A program made the translations under genes and the position numbers. The notes below the pieces were generated by a model. It ran no database searches and was not told the origin of the DNA. It was given only the letters and a program-made list of their open reading frames with translations. 64,000 nucleotides of DNA, from positions 4,641,535-4,705,534 of the forward strand of contig MU058844.1 in the NCBI GenBank assembly GCA_013265495.1. The letters are read 5' to 3'. Below are positions 1-12,589 of the stretch, one piece after another. How positions within the stretch are numbered: the stretch's first letter is position 1; each line of letters opens with the position of its first letter. The DNA is from Vicugna vicugna (lineage: Eukaryota).

Positions 1-450
1 GTTCTAACAGTAGGGTCCTTTCTTTTTCTTAGAGCGTTTATTTTTAAAAACCTTGCAATTGTAAATTCTTCCCCTGTGTCTTAGATTTAGTCTTCTCTCA
101 GACTCTAACCAGTATTACAACCTAGGAATGTCTTCCTCTAGGACCTAGGAGCCATCACTTTGAAATGTTGTCACAAGAAAGATAACACCTCTGTCTCCCA
201 TCTCTGTAGGGGGTAGGTAGAAAAGTTAGAATAAGTTAGATAAATGCCAGTGCTGGTGGTCTGATCACGTTGACCACCCTCCCCTCAGAAGTTCTTCCTC
301 CGGTACTTTTCCACTAGCTCACCCTAGTGCTTAAAAACTCTCTTGCTTTTGTCTCATTGGAGTTGGATTCAATTTCTCTACCCTATTGTAACAGTCATGA
401 ATTCAATCTTTCTTACTGTTTAACTTGTCCAGTGCAATTCTCTTTGATTC
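1..450 (+). mobile_element. ERV1-class LTR, 3' part (MER34/MER39-like), cut by the window start
   Basis: Motifs 'aggacctaggagccatcactttgaaatgt' and 'ggagttggattcaatttctctaccctattgtaacagtc...tgtccagtgcaattctctttga' resemble the MER34-group LTR R/U5 end (recalled consensus). Confidence 0.6.
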
Positions 451-716
451 TAGTTTCATTTTTAAGAATCAAATAGATACTGGAACATAAAATATGCTAT
501 ACTAGGTCACACTGGTGGTCATCTGGGCCAGTGTTAAATCTCTAATACCATTAGTGGTGTTTGATTTTTCTTATGAATACCAACCTTAAATGTTTAGACT
601 ATAATCTGTAACCATTTCTATAATTATTGATGTTTAATCTTCTCTTGCAAAGAGATTATCAAAATTATTATAATAGATAGCTAAATTTCTCCAGTAAAAA
701 TGTTAACGGAGATCTG

Positions 717-761
717 GGGTGTGTCTGTGTGTGTGTCTGTATGTAAGAGAGAGAGAGAGAG
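717..761. repeat. Imperfect (GT)n followed by (GA)n microsatellite
   Basis: Seen directly: gtgtgtctgtgtgtgtgtctgt...agagagagagagagag. Confidence 0.85.
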
Positions 762-1149
762 GCATAGATGGCATTATGAGAGGTCAACCAGAATTAGAGG
801 AGCATTTCTTCAGAGTACCATGTAACATCTTAAGTATTATCCCACTCACGGTCAACAGACTTGAAATTAAGTGGGGAATCTGTTGACAGTAGTTCAGCAA
901 TTGATACATTGAGGACCCAGATTTAGAAATTTCACATACTTGACAGTCACTTTTTATAGTATTACTTTATTATCTTCTAAAAATATTTCTCTAAAGCTTC
1001 AAGGGATAAGTTGAATTTTGTGCTTCTAGTATTTGTTTAAGATTTATACATGATGATATAGACTTTGATCAGATACTCTTCAGATTCTCCCTTAATGTAG
1101 CTCCTCAATTCTAAAGAGATCAGATCTTCTGACAAGATCTCCAAAGAGA

Positions 1150-1680
1150 AACAGACTATGAATTTTAATTCTGGAAGGGAGGGAAGCTTCTTTTTCTCCA
1201 TCCCCCTGAACTCAGTAGTCCAGATTGTAATAGTTTTTTTGTTGTTGTTTTAAGCTGCTTTGACCTAAATTTCAAAATCCTGGCTAGAGGCTGATCAGTT
1301 CTTGATTAGCTGATTAAGTGCACACCTCAACCACTTCTCTTAGTGGGCCCTCCTACTCCAGGCCCAGTATACACACATCCTAATTGCCTCGGGGCCAGGT
1401 ACCGACACCTGGGGATGGCCCCTGTGCTAATGAGCTGAGAAAATGACATTATGCAAATTAGCCAATCTACAGGGAGCCATGGAAACCTAGATGACCAGGA
1501 GCTGTTTATAAACTGCCTCCTACAGCTCTGACTTGCCCTTATTTGTTCCAGGATACTATCCCCTGTGTGGCCCTAACTGGCAGCCTTCTTTCCTTTGGAG
1601 GTATAAATAACAAAGAGTTCTGCATTTCATCAATTTTAGTATCAGAGTGTTGTGTCCTGCCTTTAAAGATTCTGCAAATC
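1150..1680 (+). mobile_element. ERVL LTR, MER54/MER73/MER74 group
   Basis: Group-typical blocks 'ggggccaggtaccgacacctggggatggcccctgtgc', 'caaattagccaatc' and 'cccctgtgtggccct'. Confidence 0.6.
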
Positions 1681-3859
1681 TTATAAAATAAAGGTGAAGT
1701 CAGTAAATTCCATGCTCTCTGCTGTTGCTCCCAGACCATTGATATGACACCACTGCCTAGTTCCTCTTTCTTTATGGTCTGTGCCATATGATCATGCCAC
1801 TTTTCTCTTTCTCTGTGACTATTGCCTGTCAGCATCTCTATTTTGTCCTTATTTTATTTCAAAAAAATAAAACACTCTTTTCCATAAGATATTCTCTATT
1901 TGCATATTACTTCAACCTTGGACATTATTTAAGTAATTAAGATTATTTAGTAATTAAGAATCCTTAATATTAATCAAGTCTTTTAATGCCTTGTTCTTGG
2001 AATTTCTCAAACTCCCCAACCATGCTTAATTTCAAAAATCAGCCTCTCACTTTCATCACTATCCTTTTGATCCATTGGTGGGATGTCTATACTTTTAAGA
2101 TCTTGAACTGCAGAAACTCCTCTCTACTTTCAGTCTTATGTTTGTTTAATTAAACTCAATCAACACCACTCTTTACAATTTATACATTTTCAAAACCTTA
2201 GGAGAGAGCAAAGATAAACAAGAAGTTGCCCTTGTTTTTAAATAATTTATAATCCGAAAATAGAGATAAGTACACAAATAACAGTATTACCAGGCAGGAC
2301 TTATATAAGCCATAATTGAGGTAAATACCAAGAACTCAAGAGATTAACTGTAGCTACTAGAGAAAGCATATCATCCTGCCCTCACTCGTACTTACCTTCC
2401 CCACCTTGCCTTTTTTACGTACTATGCCGCTTAGCAGTTTATATTTACTGTTTTCCTAGTCCATTACCTTTTCACTTGCCTCACTAACAAATTGGAACCC
2501 ATGTATTTCAGTAAAATGCTGACTAACACACTTAATGGTGTATTAATAGGTGGACTTGGGGGTGGGGGAGTTGCCTGAGATGTCAGTTAATCATGAAGAC
2601 CTTTGATATATCACTGGAATGCCAAGGTACCACTGGAGACATAAGGAGATGGAGATAAAGTTACAGTTAACAGAAATTCTCTCTGGGAGTGTATTCTGTG
2701 TGACTGAAGGAATATTTGATAAGCCCTTTGAGTTTGTATGTTTTTGGTTGCGTGAAATAAGTGGTGGCCATTCTGAAAAGGAGAATCAGTCCAATGAACT
2801 GCAGACTTCTTTTCTTAGTGAAGGATGCAAGTCTGGGGCCTGAGCTTAACTGATTTCTTGAAACAATTCACAATAGTTATTCTCTTAATTCTTCCTTTTC
2901 CCAGTGTGGCAATCAGCTTTTCTTCTGAACACAGATTTGAACAGTATTTTAAAATAATCAATCTGAAGCCTTTTGAAGGTACTCACCTGCTTCATTCCCA
3001 CCCTGAGCACACAAAACTTCCTATGCTCTAACCTTCAGTTATGCTTGCTCTGCCATTCCCCGAAGACTGAGCAGTAGATTCCAAACTGTTGAATCAGAGA
3101 TAAAATGAATCATCTTGACAAGACTGACTCATTGGAAACAAATTAACTTTTGGGAGGACTGTGAACATGAAAAAAATAATCTGGTTTTATCAAAATTCAG
3201 ACACATTAAAATTTTTCACATAGATACATCTATCTATCTATCTATGCAAACTAGTTTAATTAATTCATATTGTATGTCTGCCTAAGCTTCCCTGTACCAA
3301 GTTAATGACTTTAAACTCATAGGTTTCTAATTGATTATGAGTTTATATTTTTTAATAAATTACATTTGCTACCAGACCAGGATTGTATTGAATTATATCC
3401 CTAATGAACATTTCAGCTTACACCTCTCTTGTTTAATATAAGAACTATTTACTTATTTATAATTTCTCTTGTTCCATACAGAATTAAGCCCATATATTTC
3501 TGTTGGCTATTCACATGACCTGTAATGGAAATGTAAAAATATGTGACTGTATCCATAGAAACAGGTGGTAAGCTTGCATCAACATTTTGACATACAGACA
3601 GCCAGCAATTTCAGTGATTACATTTCCTATATCAAACCTGATCAAGAGTGCCTGAAAAGATTATGAAGGGATTTAATCTATTTACTTATAAACGAAAATA
3701 GCAAAATGTTGACAGAAAAAGAAAAAGATTTACCTGCAAGTATTTATAGAGTGTTTTCAGGCATGAGAATTTACAGTGTCTTTCAGGCTCTGTTCTTTAG
3801 TGCAACTAAATTAGGACAGAATAGCATACAAAGCTCCTTTTCTCCAAGTTTGACCACCT

Positions 3860-4011
3860 GCATTGAAATTCACTTGATTTCTTAAAATGAAGATTATTTA
3901 CCACGGACACAAAAATCAGAATATTTCAGATAGATCCTAGTAATATACATTTTAATAAGCTTCTTAGGTGATTTTTTATACATGTTAAAGTGTAGGCACC
4001 AGTGCCCTAGA
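3860..4011. mobile_element. MER5A-like hAT-Charlie MITE fragment
   Basis: 'cattttaataagcttcttaggtgattttttatacatgttaaagtgtaggcaccagtgccctag' matches the MER5A terminal region. Confidence 0.65.
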
Positions 4012-4714
4012 GGTAATTTATGTTTATAACTCAGAAAATGCAGTAAAATCGCAGGTATACAAAGCATAGGGCAAGAGACATAAGACTCTTCAGGGACTCA
4101 AAGAATACTTTCATTAAAAAAAAACAGATTTATTGATGTAATAGCATTATATAAGAACAAAAATAATCCAGGAAATAAAATAGGAGCAAGAATTAAAAGC
4201 AGCACACAAGTAGGCACAATGTGGTGTTTTCTTGCTGATTTCTGCTCAGATAAAAAGGTGCATTTTCTTAGAGTGTGTTCTGAAACCTCCTTCTTATAAG
4301 GATCAGGCTTCCCAGGGTAGACATCTAAATTGAGTTACAGAGATACGTTTTCACGCTGCTGATCTACTTAGCCTGGAAGACCTTTTTTGCTTTATATTGC
4401 TTTGTAATGACCTTATTCAAAGTAAAATTTCTCTAATCTGTAACATCTAAGGAGAAAGGAAACCACATTAACACTGTCTAAAGCTGTTTATTCCTCAGAT
4501 ATTGAGGTTTAGAAAAGTTCTGAGAGAATAAAAATTACTCATATTTCCTATTTTAAAATACTTTTCACCAGAGAAATTCTTATGTTATAAATGCTTACTT
4601 CATTGAGTAGTATAAAAATGTATTGCTCTGTCCAATTCTAAGTGGGAGTATTTTGTAGACAGTCTTAGAACCACACTTTTGTATACAGGGGTATAAAAGC
4701 TTGATGGCAAAAAA

Positions 4715-4870
4715 AGTTTTGGGTGATCATGAGCAAATTGTTCAGTGTCTTTGGTTACAGTTTGCCCATTTTTGAGTGGAGATTATAATAATAGCACTTA
4801 CTGTATCAAATTACTGTGAAGATGTGATGAGATAATACATCAAAATGTTTAGAATAGAGCTTAGCAATGA
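4715..4870 (+). mobile_element. MIR SINE (core and 3' part)
   Basis: 'gagcaaattgttcagtgtctttggttacagtttgcccattttt...ataataatagcacttac...gtgaagatgtgatgagataatac'. Confidence 0.7.
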
Positions 4871-6384
4871 CAGTCATTGTTAATTTATATATCTAGAAGA
4901 ATATTTAAATGTTTATAACATCAAGAAAATTCCTGTCCTGACATACTTTTAGAGATTCTGCTCATAGCAGTCAAAACCTTTTTCTCAAAAAGAAAAACCA
5001 AAACTAAATGACATTATAACTTTAAAAAACATATGTTCATGATACTGTTGAGACAACAAAAACATCAAAAACAAAATTTCTGTGGCTTAGCACAAATGTT
5101 ATTTTTCACTTGTATACCTCTCAAATGTAGATGTTTCTAGTTGGTGGACAGCCTCTGAGAATTTACTGCCACTCTCTTAAAAACCTGGCCCCCCAAAATA
5201 CGTACATCACTGTTGCTTATATTGTTTGTGAATTCTACTCATGTGACTATACTTCAGTGAAAGAGAGGGTTGATAATATAATCTGTACTTAGGCTCTGCT
5301 TCCCATTGACAAGGGAAGCTCCAACTTTTGATGGACAGCTAGCCTCCACTTAGACCAAGTTTTTGAATCAGCAGTTCTTCTACATTTCAGGAGACAAGAC
5401 GATGATTCATGATTATGGCACTTTGGCTATGTCTACATGAAAAAATTATTTTTTTAAGGAATCTTTTGCATTTGGTCCAACATCTGGCTCCTTTGAGAAC
5501 AATCTGTGAATAATTGATCCTTCCTTGAAAACAAATTTGATGAATAGTGAAGAAAATAAATGGATACTTCTATTGAATTAAGAAGAGGAAGCAGAAAGAG
5601 CAAGGGAAAGAAGGAAAAGCATTTTAAGGCTTCAGATTGACTTTTCATTGTGGCCGATACTGAATTATTTCCCCACATTTGAGATAAAGCTTTACCTCTC
5701 CAAATTTGTCTGTCTTATGATCAGTGAATTTCATACAACTCATGTCTGAAGAGAGGATTACAGCTGTTGTTTTCATGTAGGCATATTAATTGCCAATCTC
5801 TTCTAACATGCTAAGATCATGAATAGTATTCATCTTTGTTTCTGAGTACCCTAGAAATACACAGAGTGATTCAAACTCAGCACTGTATAAGTAGATTTAT
5901 TTTTAGAACTTATTCTTAAAACCGATTTATTTGGCTTTAATTTGATAGAGGAATCAATCTCTTCTGAACAAATAATAGCTTTTCTAGTTTCAGTTCTTTT
6001 GTGTATTCCACCCACCCAGCCTCTATCTAGCCCACTTTGATCTACATAGTTGTTTCTTGGCACTCTCTCTGTTTTATGTACATGTATAGCCATTTATTAA
6101 AGTCATATTCCTGAAGGAGAGGTCATCAACACACATGAGGAGGAATCTGGAAATGCTCAAATCTTTCTTTCCTGAAGGTAATCTCTTCCTTCATTTTCCA
6201 GGTATAACCAAGCTGCTATCCGTCTGTGCTTGACTTTATTCATCCCTTGTATTTGCTTGGCCAGTTGACTGACTAATGCTTTCTATCTCCAGCAGCACAG
6301 TATAGCCCAGCATTCTAAGTAGCACATAATCATATATTCTAGCTATAACTTAGAAAGCGAATAGTATCAACAACTATGAAAAAG

Positions 6385-6510
6385 TTAACTGTGTCATTTT
6401 CAGTTTTCTCATCAGTAAAATCAGAAAAGCAGTATCTACCAAATGTGGCTTTTGACAGGAATAAGGAGACATGAATGTGAGGTTGTTAGCTCAGTGCCTA
6501 GCACTAATTC
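6385..6510 (+). mobile_element. MIR SINE fragment
   Basis: 'cagttttctcatcagtaaaat...agtatctacc...ttagctcagtgcctagcac'. Confidence 0.7.
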
Positions 6511-6789
6511 TTATTTTAAATTTATCATTATTGTAATTATAAATGTTATTATAATCATTTAAATTTCTTGAGTGCTTATTTGTCCAGTCTGCTGTACCTC
6601 TTCCCTCTCCCACATTATTTCCTTCACAACAGCTTCAACTTCATTTATGTGTCAGTGGCCCCCAGATCTATCCAAGCAGCCCTGGGATTCCTCCTGAACT
6701 TCAGGTCTGCATTTCCATCTACTTTGGTGTATCTGGTGAACTTCTCCAGTGAGGTTTTCTCTAGATATTTCAATAACCCCCCATCAAAT

Positions 6790-6890
6790 TTCTTTTCTCA
6801 TTTAATTCTCATTACAGTACTATGTTATGTGCTATTATCATTCCCATTTTATAGATGAGGAAACATTGAAACTTGCCGAGTTGCCCCAAC
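6790..6890 (-). mobile_element. MIR SINE fragment
   Basis: 'tctcatttaattctca...attatcattcccattttatagatgaggaaac' is the reverse MIR core. Confidence 0.75.
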
Positions 6891-9104
6891 CAAAACTCCC
6901 ACTTTCCAGGTATGTAGTATTGCTGTTCTTCCTTTATGCCTAGTAATTTCATGTATTTCCCATATTTATTCCATCGTCTTCATCCTTTGTGGTTGGGGAT
7001 CACATATGTCCTTGAGGATTGTTTAAAGATGTATTTGCATTTCTATCCTGGGTCTTTTATTTTTGGTGATTTTTTGAGAGAAGAAAGGGGGGTGGATATT
7101 TTTGTATTATATCATCATGAATCTGAGCCTCTTAGCTGTAATTTTAAAAGTCAGTTATACTTACTGGGGCAACTAGAATATAGAAGACTTGAACAGGGCA
7201 GCCAGAAGGGAGCAGTGAATCAGAATTCAAGAGGAGGCATATTTCTGAATAGAGTCAATGGGCTTTGTTCAATGGAAGGACACAGTAGAAGCAGAGCAAA
7301 TGTGAGCTTTGGTGTCAGACTGAACTAGGTTAAAACTCCAGGTATCATGGTCATTTATGATGTGGAATAAGTTATTTCATCTCAGAGACGTGGTTCAATA
7401 AAGGTTAGTTTCCTTTCCTTCCATCCTCTGCTCCAAAATTACGTATACTTAATACCTAAGATATGATCATTTAACTGTATTACAGGTACAATCTTCTACA
7501 CTACACACAATTAAGATTCTTGCTGAAAGTTATTTAGCTGGTGATGGAGGTTGCTTAGTAGATAAGTTGTTCTAAAATGTTCTTTAGAGCACCTGCTGGA
7601 TTTTATGAGTTGCATGGTGTGATGATTTGAATTTTGATACATTTATACACAATTCAGACATATATACCATGATTAGTTACATTAATTTAATAGGCAGTTA
7701 GCAAATGCCCTTGTGAAAGTAAGAAAATGTGCAATTGCTCGGTTTATTTCATACTTTATAAGAGCGTTGGTGATGCTGATGAATAATTAATCAATTAATT
7801 GTTGCCCTGTTCGGTGTGCTTCATTTGGAATTGAGATGAGTTCCTTTATATATGGTGATAGGCATTTAAAACCCTATTTCAGTTCAGCAGTATAGATGTG
7901 AATTGTTTTTGTTCTACAACTTAAGAGCAGAGATTGCTTGCACAGAACTTCTGACCTCTAAAAGTCACCTCTTCTCTCTTTTGCTTGAAGACTAATTTTT
8001 TGCATTTACATTTATACTCTATATATTTCTTATTGTATATGCATCTCTATTGGATCCAGTTGAATTTACTAATTTTGAATGTGTTGATTTTTATAGTTGT
8101 CTCAAATGTACTTAACATCTTTATGTTAAAATTTTGTAATTCAGTAAAATGAAGCAAAAAAAAAATTCCAGTAATCCATTAGTGGTATTTTTATTTTGTC
8201 TAAAATCAACACATTCAGAGGCTTATATTTTGGAAAGCCTTTCTATCTGGCACATTTCTCTGATTCAAGCTTTGGAGTTTACTTATTTTTAAATTTCCAC
8301 AGATTGCTTAGGCATGATCCCCTTTTTGATGAACCTGTACAGGAGATTTGGGTGGGGTAACATCTGTAACTCAAATCTGGATCTATCCAAGTGAAACCAA
8401 TTGAAACTATTAAATTGCTGCAGCATTCCGGAGGCCCTGATTAAGAGCTCCTCCAGTCCAGGAGTTGAATAATTTCACTGCCACTTCAGGCCATTCGATA
8501 TTTTACATTATCTCTAGTGGTGTCCTTTCAGATTAAACATAATCCTATTAAGCAACGCTGCTGGCTTTTGGGGCTACATACACTGGGTTGAGTGATGTTC
8601 TGCTGTTATCTGGGACTGTGTTTTTTAATACTTCATCTTGGATGGCTGGCACACTCTGGCAGTAGGCTTATATGTAGTAAATGGATGGATTCTTCATTAG
8701 TGGAATTGATTAAATTGTCATAAAATATCTATGACCCAGATGTCTCTGGGCCACATCACCCTTAAACCTACATTTCTTTGGTTCAGATTCCACTCTACTG
8801 AAAAAATACGTATTTCCCCATTCCTCCTAGCCACCACCAGGTTCTCAAGGAGTCCCAAAGGGGTCTCTTACACGTACTGACAAATGAGATCTGATTTTCA
8901 TTCTTGACAGTGGTAGGCTTATGATGACTATAAACTTTACTCTGCTAACTTGTAGTGTTATCACTAATAAAGTTAGGTAAGTTGGGCATCTTCCCACATC
9001 ACCACTACCATTTCCAGTAGGCCATTTCTACCATAGAAATAAAGATCTGTTGAAACTCTTGGTCACTGATGCTCTCAACTTGACCAGAATTACCACATTT
9101 ATAA

Positions 9105-9253
9105 CAGAGTGCCAGGCATTGTTCTAGTAGTGTGCATATACTAACTCACTTACTCCTTAGGAAAATTCTATAGGGAAGGGATCATAATTATCACTGTTTT
9201 GCAGGTGGGAAAACTTGAGGCATAGAACAGTTTAGTAGTTTACTCAAGGTTAC
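9105..9253 (-). mobile_element. MIR SINE
   Basis: 'gtgccaggcattgttctag...ttttgcaggtgggaaaacttgaggcatagaacag...actcaaggttac'. Confidence 0.75.
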
Positions 9254-9472
9254 GTGGAGTCAGATGGATCCAATTTGTACCCTGCTCAGCTACTTGCCAA
9301 CTCTGTGACCTAGAGATTTGTTTTGTAATCTCTTTCAGCCAAAAATGTCCTCATCTATAAAATGCAGTTACTGAGAATACTTGTCTCCTTTAGTTGTTGT
9401 AAAGATTAAGTGAGATAATTTATGTCAAGTGCCTACCAAGAGACAGCTACACAAATGTTGGCTGCTATTATT
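9254..9472 (+). mobile_element. MIR SINE
   Basis: 'ggagtcaga...ctctgtgacct...tcctcatctataaaatg...gttgttgtaaagattaagtgagataat'. Confidence 0.75.
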
Positions 9473-9684
9473 TTTTCTATTAAAACGGATTTAAATTTAA
9501 TTTAAGAAAAATCTGTTCTCTCAAATCATTTTTTTTATTAGCTGAGCTTCCTTCAAAATCATAGAAGTGAATCAGAAAGATCTTCCTATTCTTCTTGATT
9601 TTTCTTTAAAAAAATGGGTCAATATTTCTCACTTTGAGAAGTGAAGTCGAGGTTGAAAGCTCAGAGCACGTTAGCACAGTGCTT

Positions 9685-9927
9685 ATCATTCATTTGTATT
9701 GAATGCTTTCTGTGGGCCTGAATCCATGGTAAATGCTTAGAGATATTAGTTGTTTGAGTCCTTTGACGATTGTACATAATAGGTGTCATTACTATCCATG
9801 TTTTATGGAGGAGAAATGGAGGCATATGGAAATTAAATAGTTTGCCCCAAAGTTGCCCAGTTGCTGAATGATAGAGACAGGATTCTAACCCAGGCATTCT
9901 GACTCTAGATGCTGATCTCTTAACCAT
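9685..9927 (-). mobile_element. MIR SINE, near full length
   Basis: 'ttttatggaggagaaatggaggcatatggaaattaaatagtttgccccaaagttgcccag...caggattctaacccaggcattctgactctaga'. Confidence 0.8.
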
Positions 9928-11321
9928 GAGTATTTACCATGTTCTGTATTCCTAGGCACTGAAAAAACAAAACAAAACAAAACAATTCCATTGGCCATAA
10001 TTAGTTTTGTGTCTTGATCCCTGGGACGCCTGGGAGACTTATATAACACTCTTAAAGTTAGTATGGACCATGGGACCAATCTTGCCAATGGTCTGTGAAA
10101 AGAAAGCAAGAAAGAGCTGGTGCATTTCTGTTGGTCAAAGATCATAGTAGAGACTTAACTGTGTCCAAGGGAAAGTAGAGACTATCTTTATCTTCTTCAT
10201 TTTAGCATCAGTAAGTGTCTGGAGAACTCAGTGACACTATGCATTTACCACGTGTAAGGGCAAAAAATACCACTTCATTCAGATAGGGGCATTTGAGACA
10301 TTTATGAATTTGTAATAATGCAAGCCCCCAGCATTAGGTCTTATTGAAGTGCCTTTCTTTCCTCAATAGCATATTCAGATCCTTTTGTTCTCAGTGCCTC
10401 TTTGAACTTTGCGCTATTTCTACCCCAAAGTCTCAAACAATTGTGGACTCTGTCTAGTGACAGAGCTTTCACACCCAATGCAGGTTGGCATTTGGCACAT
10501 ACAGCGGCTCCTATTACTGCTTCTCACCCTACAATTGATTATGTTTATAAACTTATTTCCTAGGAAAGGCTTTTGCCTCATTCACCAAGACCTGAGTGAG
10601 AATTACAAGTTTGTCAATTACCTTCATCATCACCTCTCCTCAGCTTTTGAATTTTTAGGCCATGAGAAGCATTTCTTTCTCCTGTATGTTTATCCAATGA
10701 GATATATCTCTAGTGTTTCATTTTCTTTGCTTTTCTTCATTTTTAAAAAAGGATCAACTGTATTTCTCTTCTTCTCCTTGACTCCCAGGTCTTATTTTTC
10801 CTTTCATATATGTATAGCCTGTCTTCTGAGATCTCAGCATTTCTCTGAAGGAAATCTTTTTCCATCTCAATTAATTTGTATCCCATTACTTTTCTTTCAT
10901 ACTAATTTTTTTCCAATAGTAAGACAGAAGCATATTTAAAAAACTAATTAGTTTCCTTTAGGATTTTTAGACTAATGAGAATTTTATCTATAATCCTCTT
11001 AAATTTTCCTTCTTAAAATTAAGGTAAAATATACATACATTAAGATGAAGAGATCTGACATGTGCATATTGGTGAGCTGTAACATATAGAACATTTCCAT
11101 TGTCTCAGAAAGTTCCCTTGTATTAACTTTCTAGGCAAGTCCTATAACCATGGACAATAAAGGTTATGATTTCTGTATCAGATTAATTTTGTCTATTTTT
11201 GAGCTTCATACATATGAAATCATACAATATGTACTCACTTAGATCTGACTTATTTTGCTCAATATAATGGCTTTGAGATTATTTTATGGTGTTTCATGTA
11301 TCAGTAGTTCTTTCTTTTTTA

Positions 11322-11937
11322 CATTTAAAAAATTTTAATTTTTTAAAAAGATTATTAAAAAAAGTATCATTTAATTTCATTTATACCTCCTATTCTCCAC
11401 ACACATTCTTATTGGATTATTTAATTCATTGATTCATTTTTAATTGAAAAAATTGTTTTATTTTATATATTTTTATTTATTACATTATATGAGTTTCATG
11501 TAGATAGCATTATATATCTACTTCTGTTATAACCTACAACGTGCTCACCATCAAAAATTTATTCTTTATTCATCGCTTGAAAGTGGCTCCTCTTTACCCA
11601 TTTTGTCCTCTCCCACCCCTCTCTGCCCTTTCCCCTTTGGTAACCATGACTCTGTTCTCTGTGTCTATGTTTTTGTTTTCCTTTGGCTTGTTCATTTGTT
11701 TTGTTTCAGCTTGTTTATTTATCAGTTTTTTATATTCCACAAATGAGTCAAATTACACAGTATTTGTGCACCTCTTAGTTTAATACCCTCAAGGTCCATC
11801 CATGTTGTCACAAATGGCAAGATTTCATTTTTTATGATGACTGAGTAGTGTTCCATTGTATATATGTATATACTACATAATCTTTATCCATTCATGTGCT
11901 GATGGGTATTTAGGTTGTTTCCATATCTTGGCTATTG
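11322..11937 (-). mobile_element. 5'-truncated younger L1 (laurasiatherian L1MA-like 3' end) nested in the older L1
   Basis: L1 3'UTR 'ggtaaccatgactctgttctctgtgtctatg...gtccatccatgttgtcacaaatggcaagatttc'. Probable TSD ctttctttttta (11310-11321) / ctttcttttttta (11938-11950). Confidence 0.75.
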
Positions 11938-12334
11938 CTTTCTTTTTTTAGTATTAAAGAATATTTTACCAAATTAATATATCACAAATTTACCATAATT
12001 TGTTTATTATTATCCATTTAAGTTTTCCCCCATTTTTTGGCAATTATGAAGAAAATTGCAGTAAACATTCTCATAGAAGGCTTTTGGGGACATCTGTTTT
12101 CATTTGTCTTTGGTATATACATAGGAAGGGGATAGCAGAGTCACAGGGTAGGTGTATGTTTACTTTATAGAAAATGCCAAATGATTTTCCAAAGTAGTTA
12201 TTCCATTTCATCCTTCCACTGGCAATGTAGGAGAGCTTCAGTTGCTCCTTGCCATCATTTGGTTTTGACAGCCATTTTAAATTTAGCTGTTTTAATGTGT
12301 GAAGAGATATTTTCACTCAGCGATTTTTCCATAT

Positions 12335-12533
12335 TTTACTTTATTTCTTTATTAAAGTATCATTGATGTATAATATTATATAAGTCACAGATGTACAATA
12401 TAGTGATTCACAATTTTTAAAGGTTATACTCCATTTAAAAATATTTGCTATATTTCTTATGTTGTGCAATATGTAGCTTATTTTATGTAGCTTATTTTAT
12501 ACCTAATAGTTTGTACCTCTTAATCCCCTACTC
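12335..12533 (-). mobile_element. Short L1 3'-end insertion (L1MA/artiodactyl-type)
   Basis: 'ttttattaaagtatcattgatgtataatattatataagtcacagatgtacaatatagtgattcacaatttttaaaggttatactcc...agtttgtacctcttaatccc'. Confidence 0.7.
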
Positions 12534-12589
12534 TTTTAATTTACATCTCTCTGTTGGCTAATGATGGACAGTATTCTTGATCCAGATAG

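Larger units (their letters stand above)
11010..12575 (-). mobile_element. Old L1M (L1MC/ME-type) 3' region, interrupted by two younger L1 insertions
   Basis: L1 3'UTR and ORF2-end motifs at 11010-11320, 11950-12320 and 12535-12575 (e.g. 'aaatcatacaatatgtactc', 'ttttccaaagtagttattccatttcatccttccactggcaatgtaggag'). Confidence 0.7.

Noticed and set aside
6936..7328. 130-aa plus-strand ORF
   Set aside because: No recognisable homology, it runs into a MIR-like fragment, and there is no supporting gene structure.
7617..7779. Possible C/D-box snoRNA (GTGATGA ... CTGA)
   Set aside because: No terminal stem and no recognisable rRNA or snRNA antisense element. Such boxes occur often by chance.
10409..10939. 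Longest ORF in the track (176 aa)
   Set aside because: TTG start, F/L/S-rich composition typical of T-rich non-coding DNA, no recognisable domain or exon structure.
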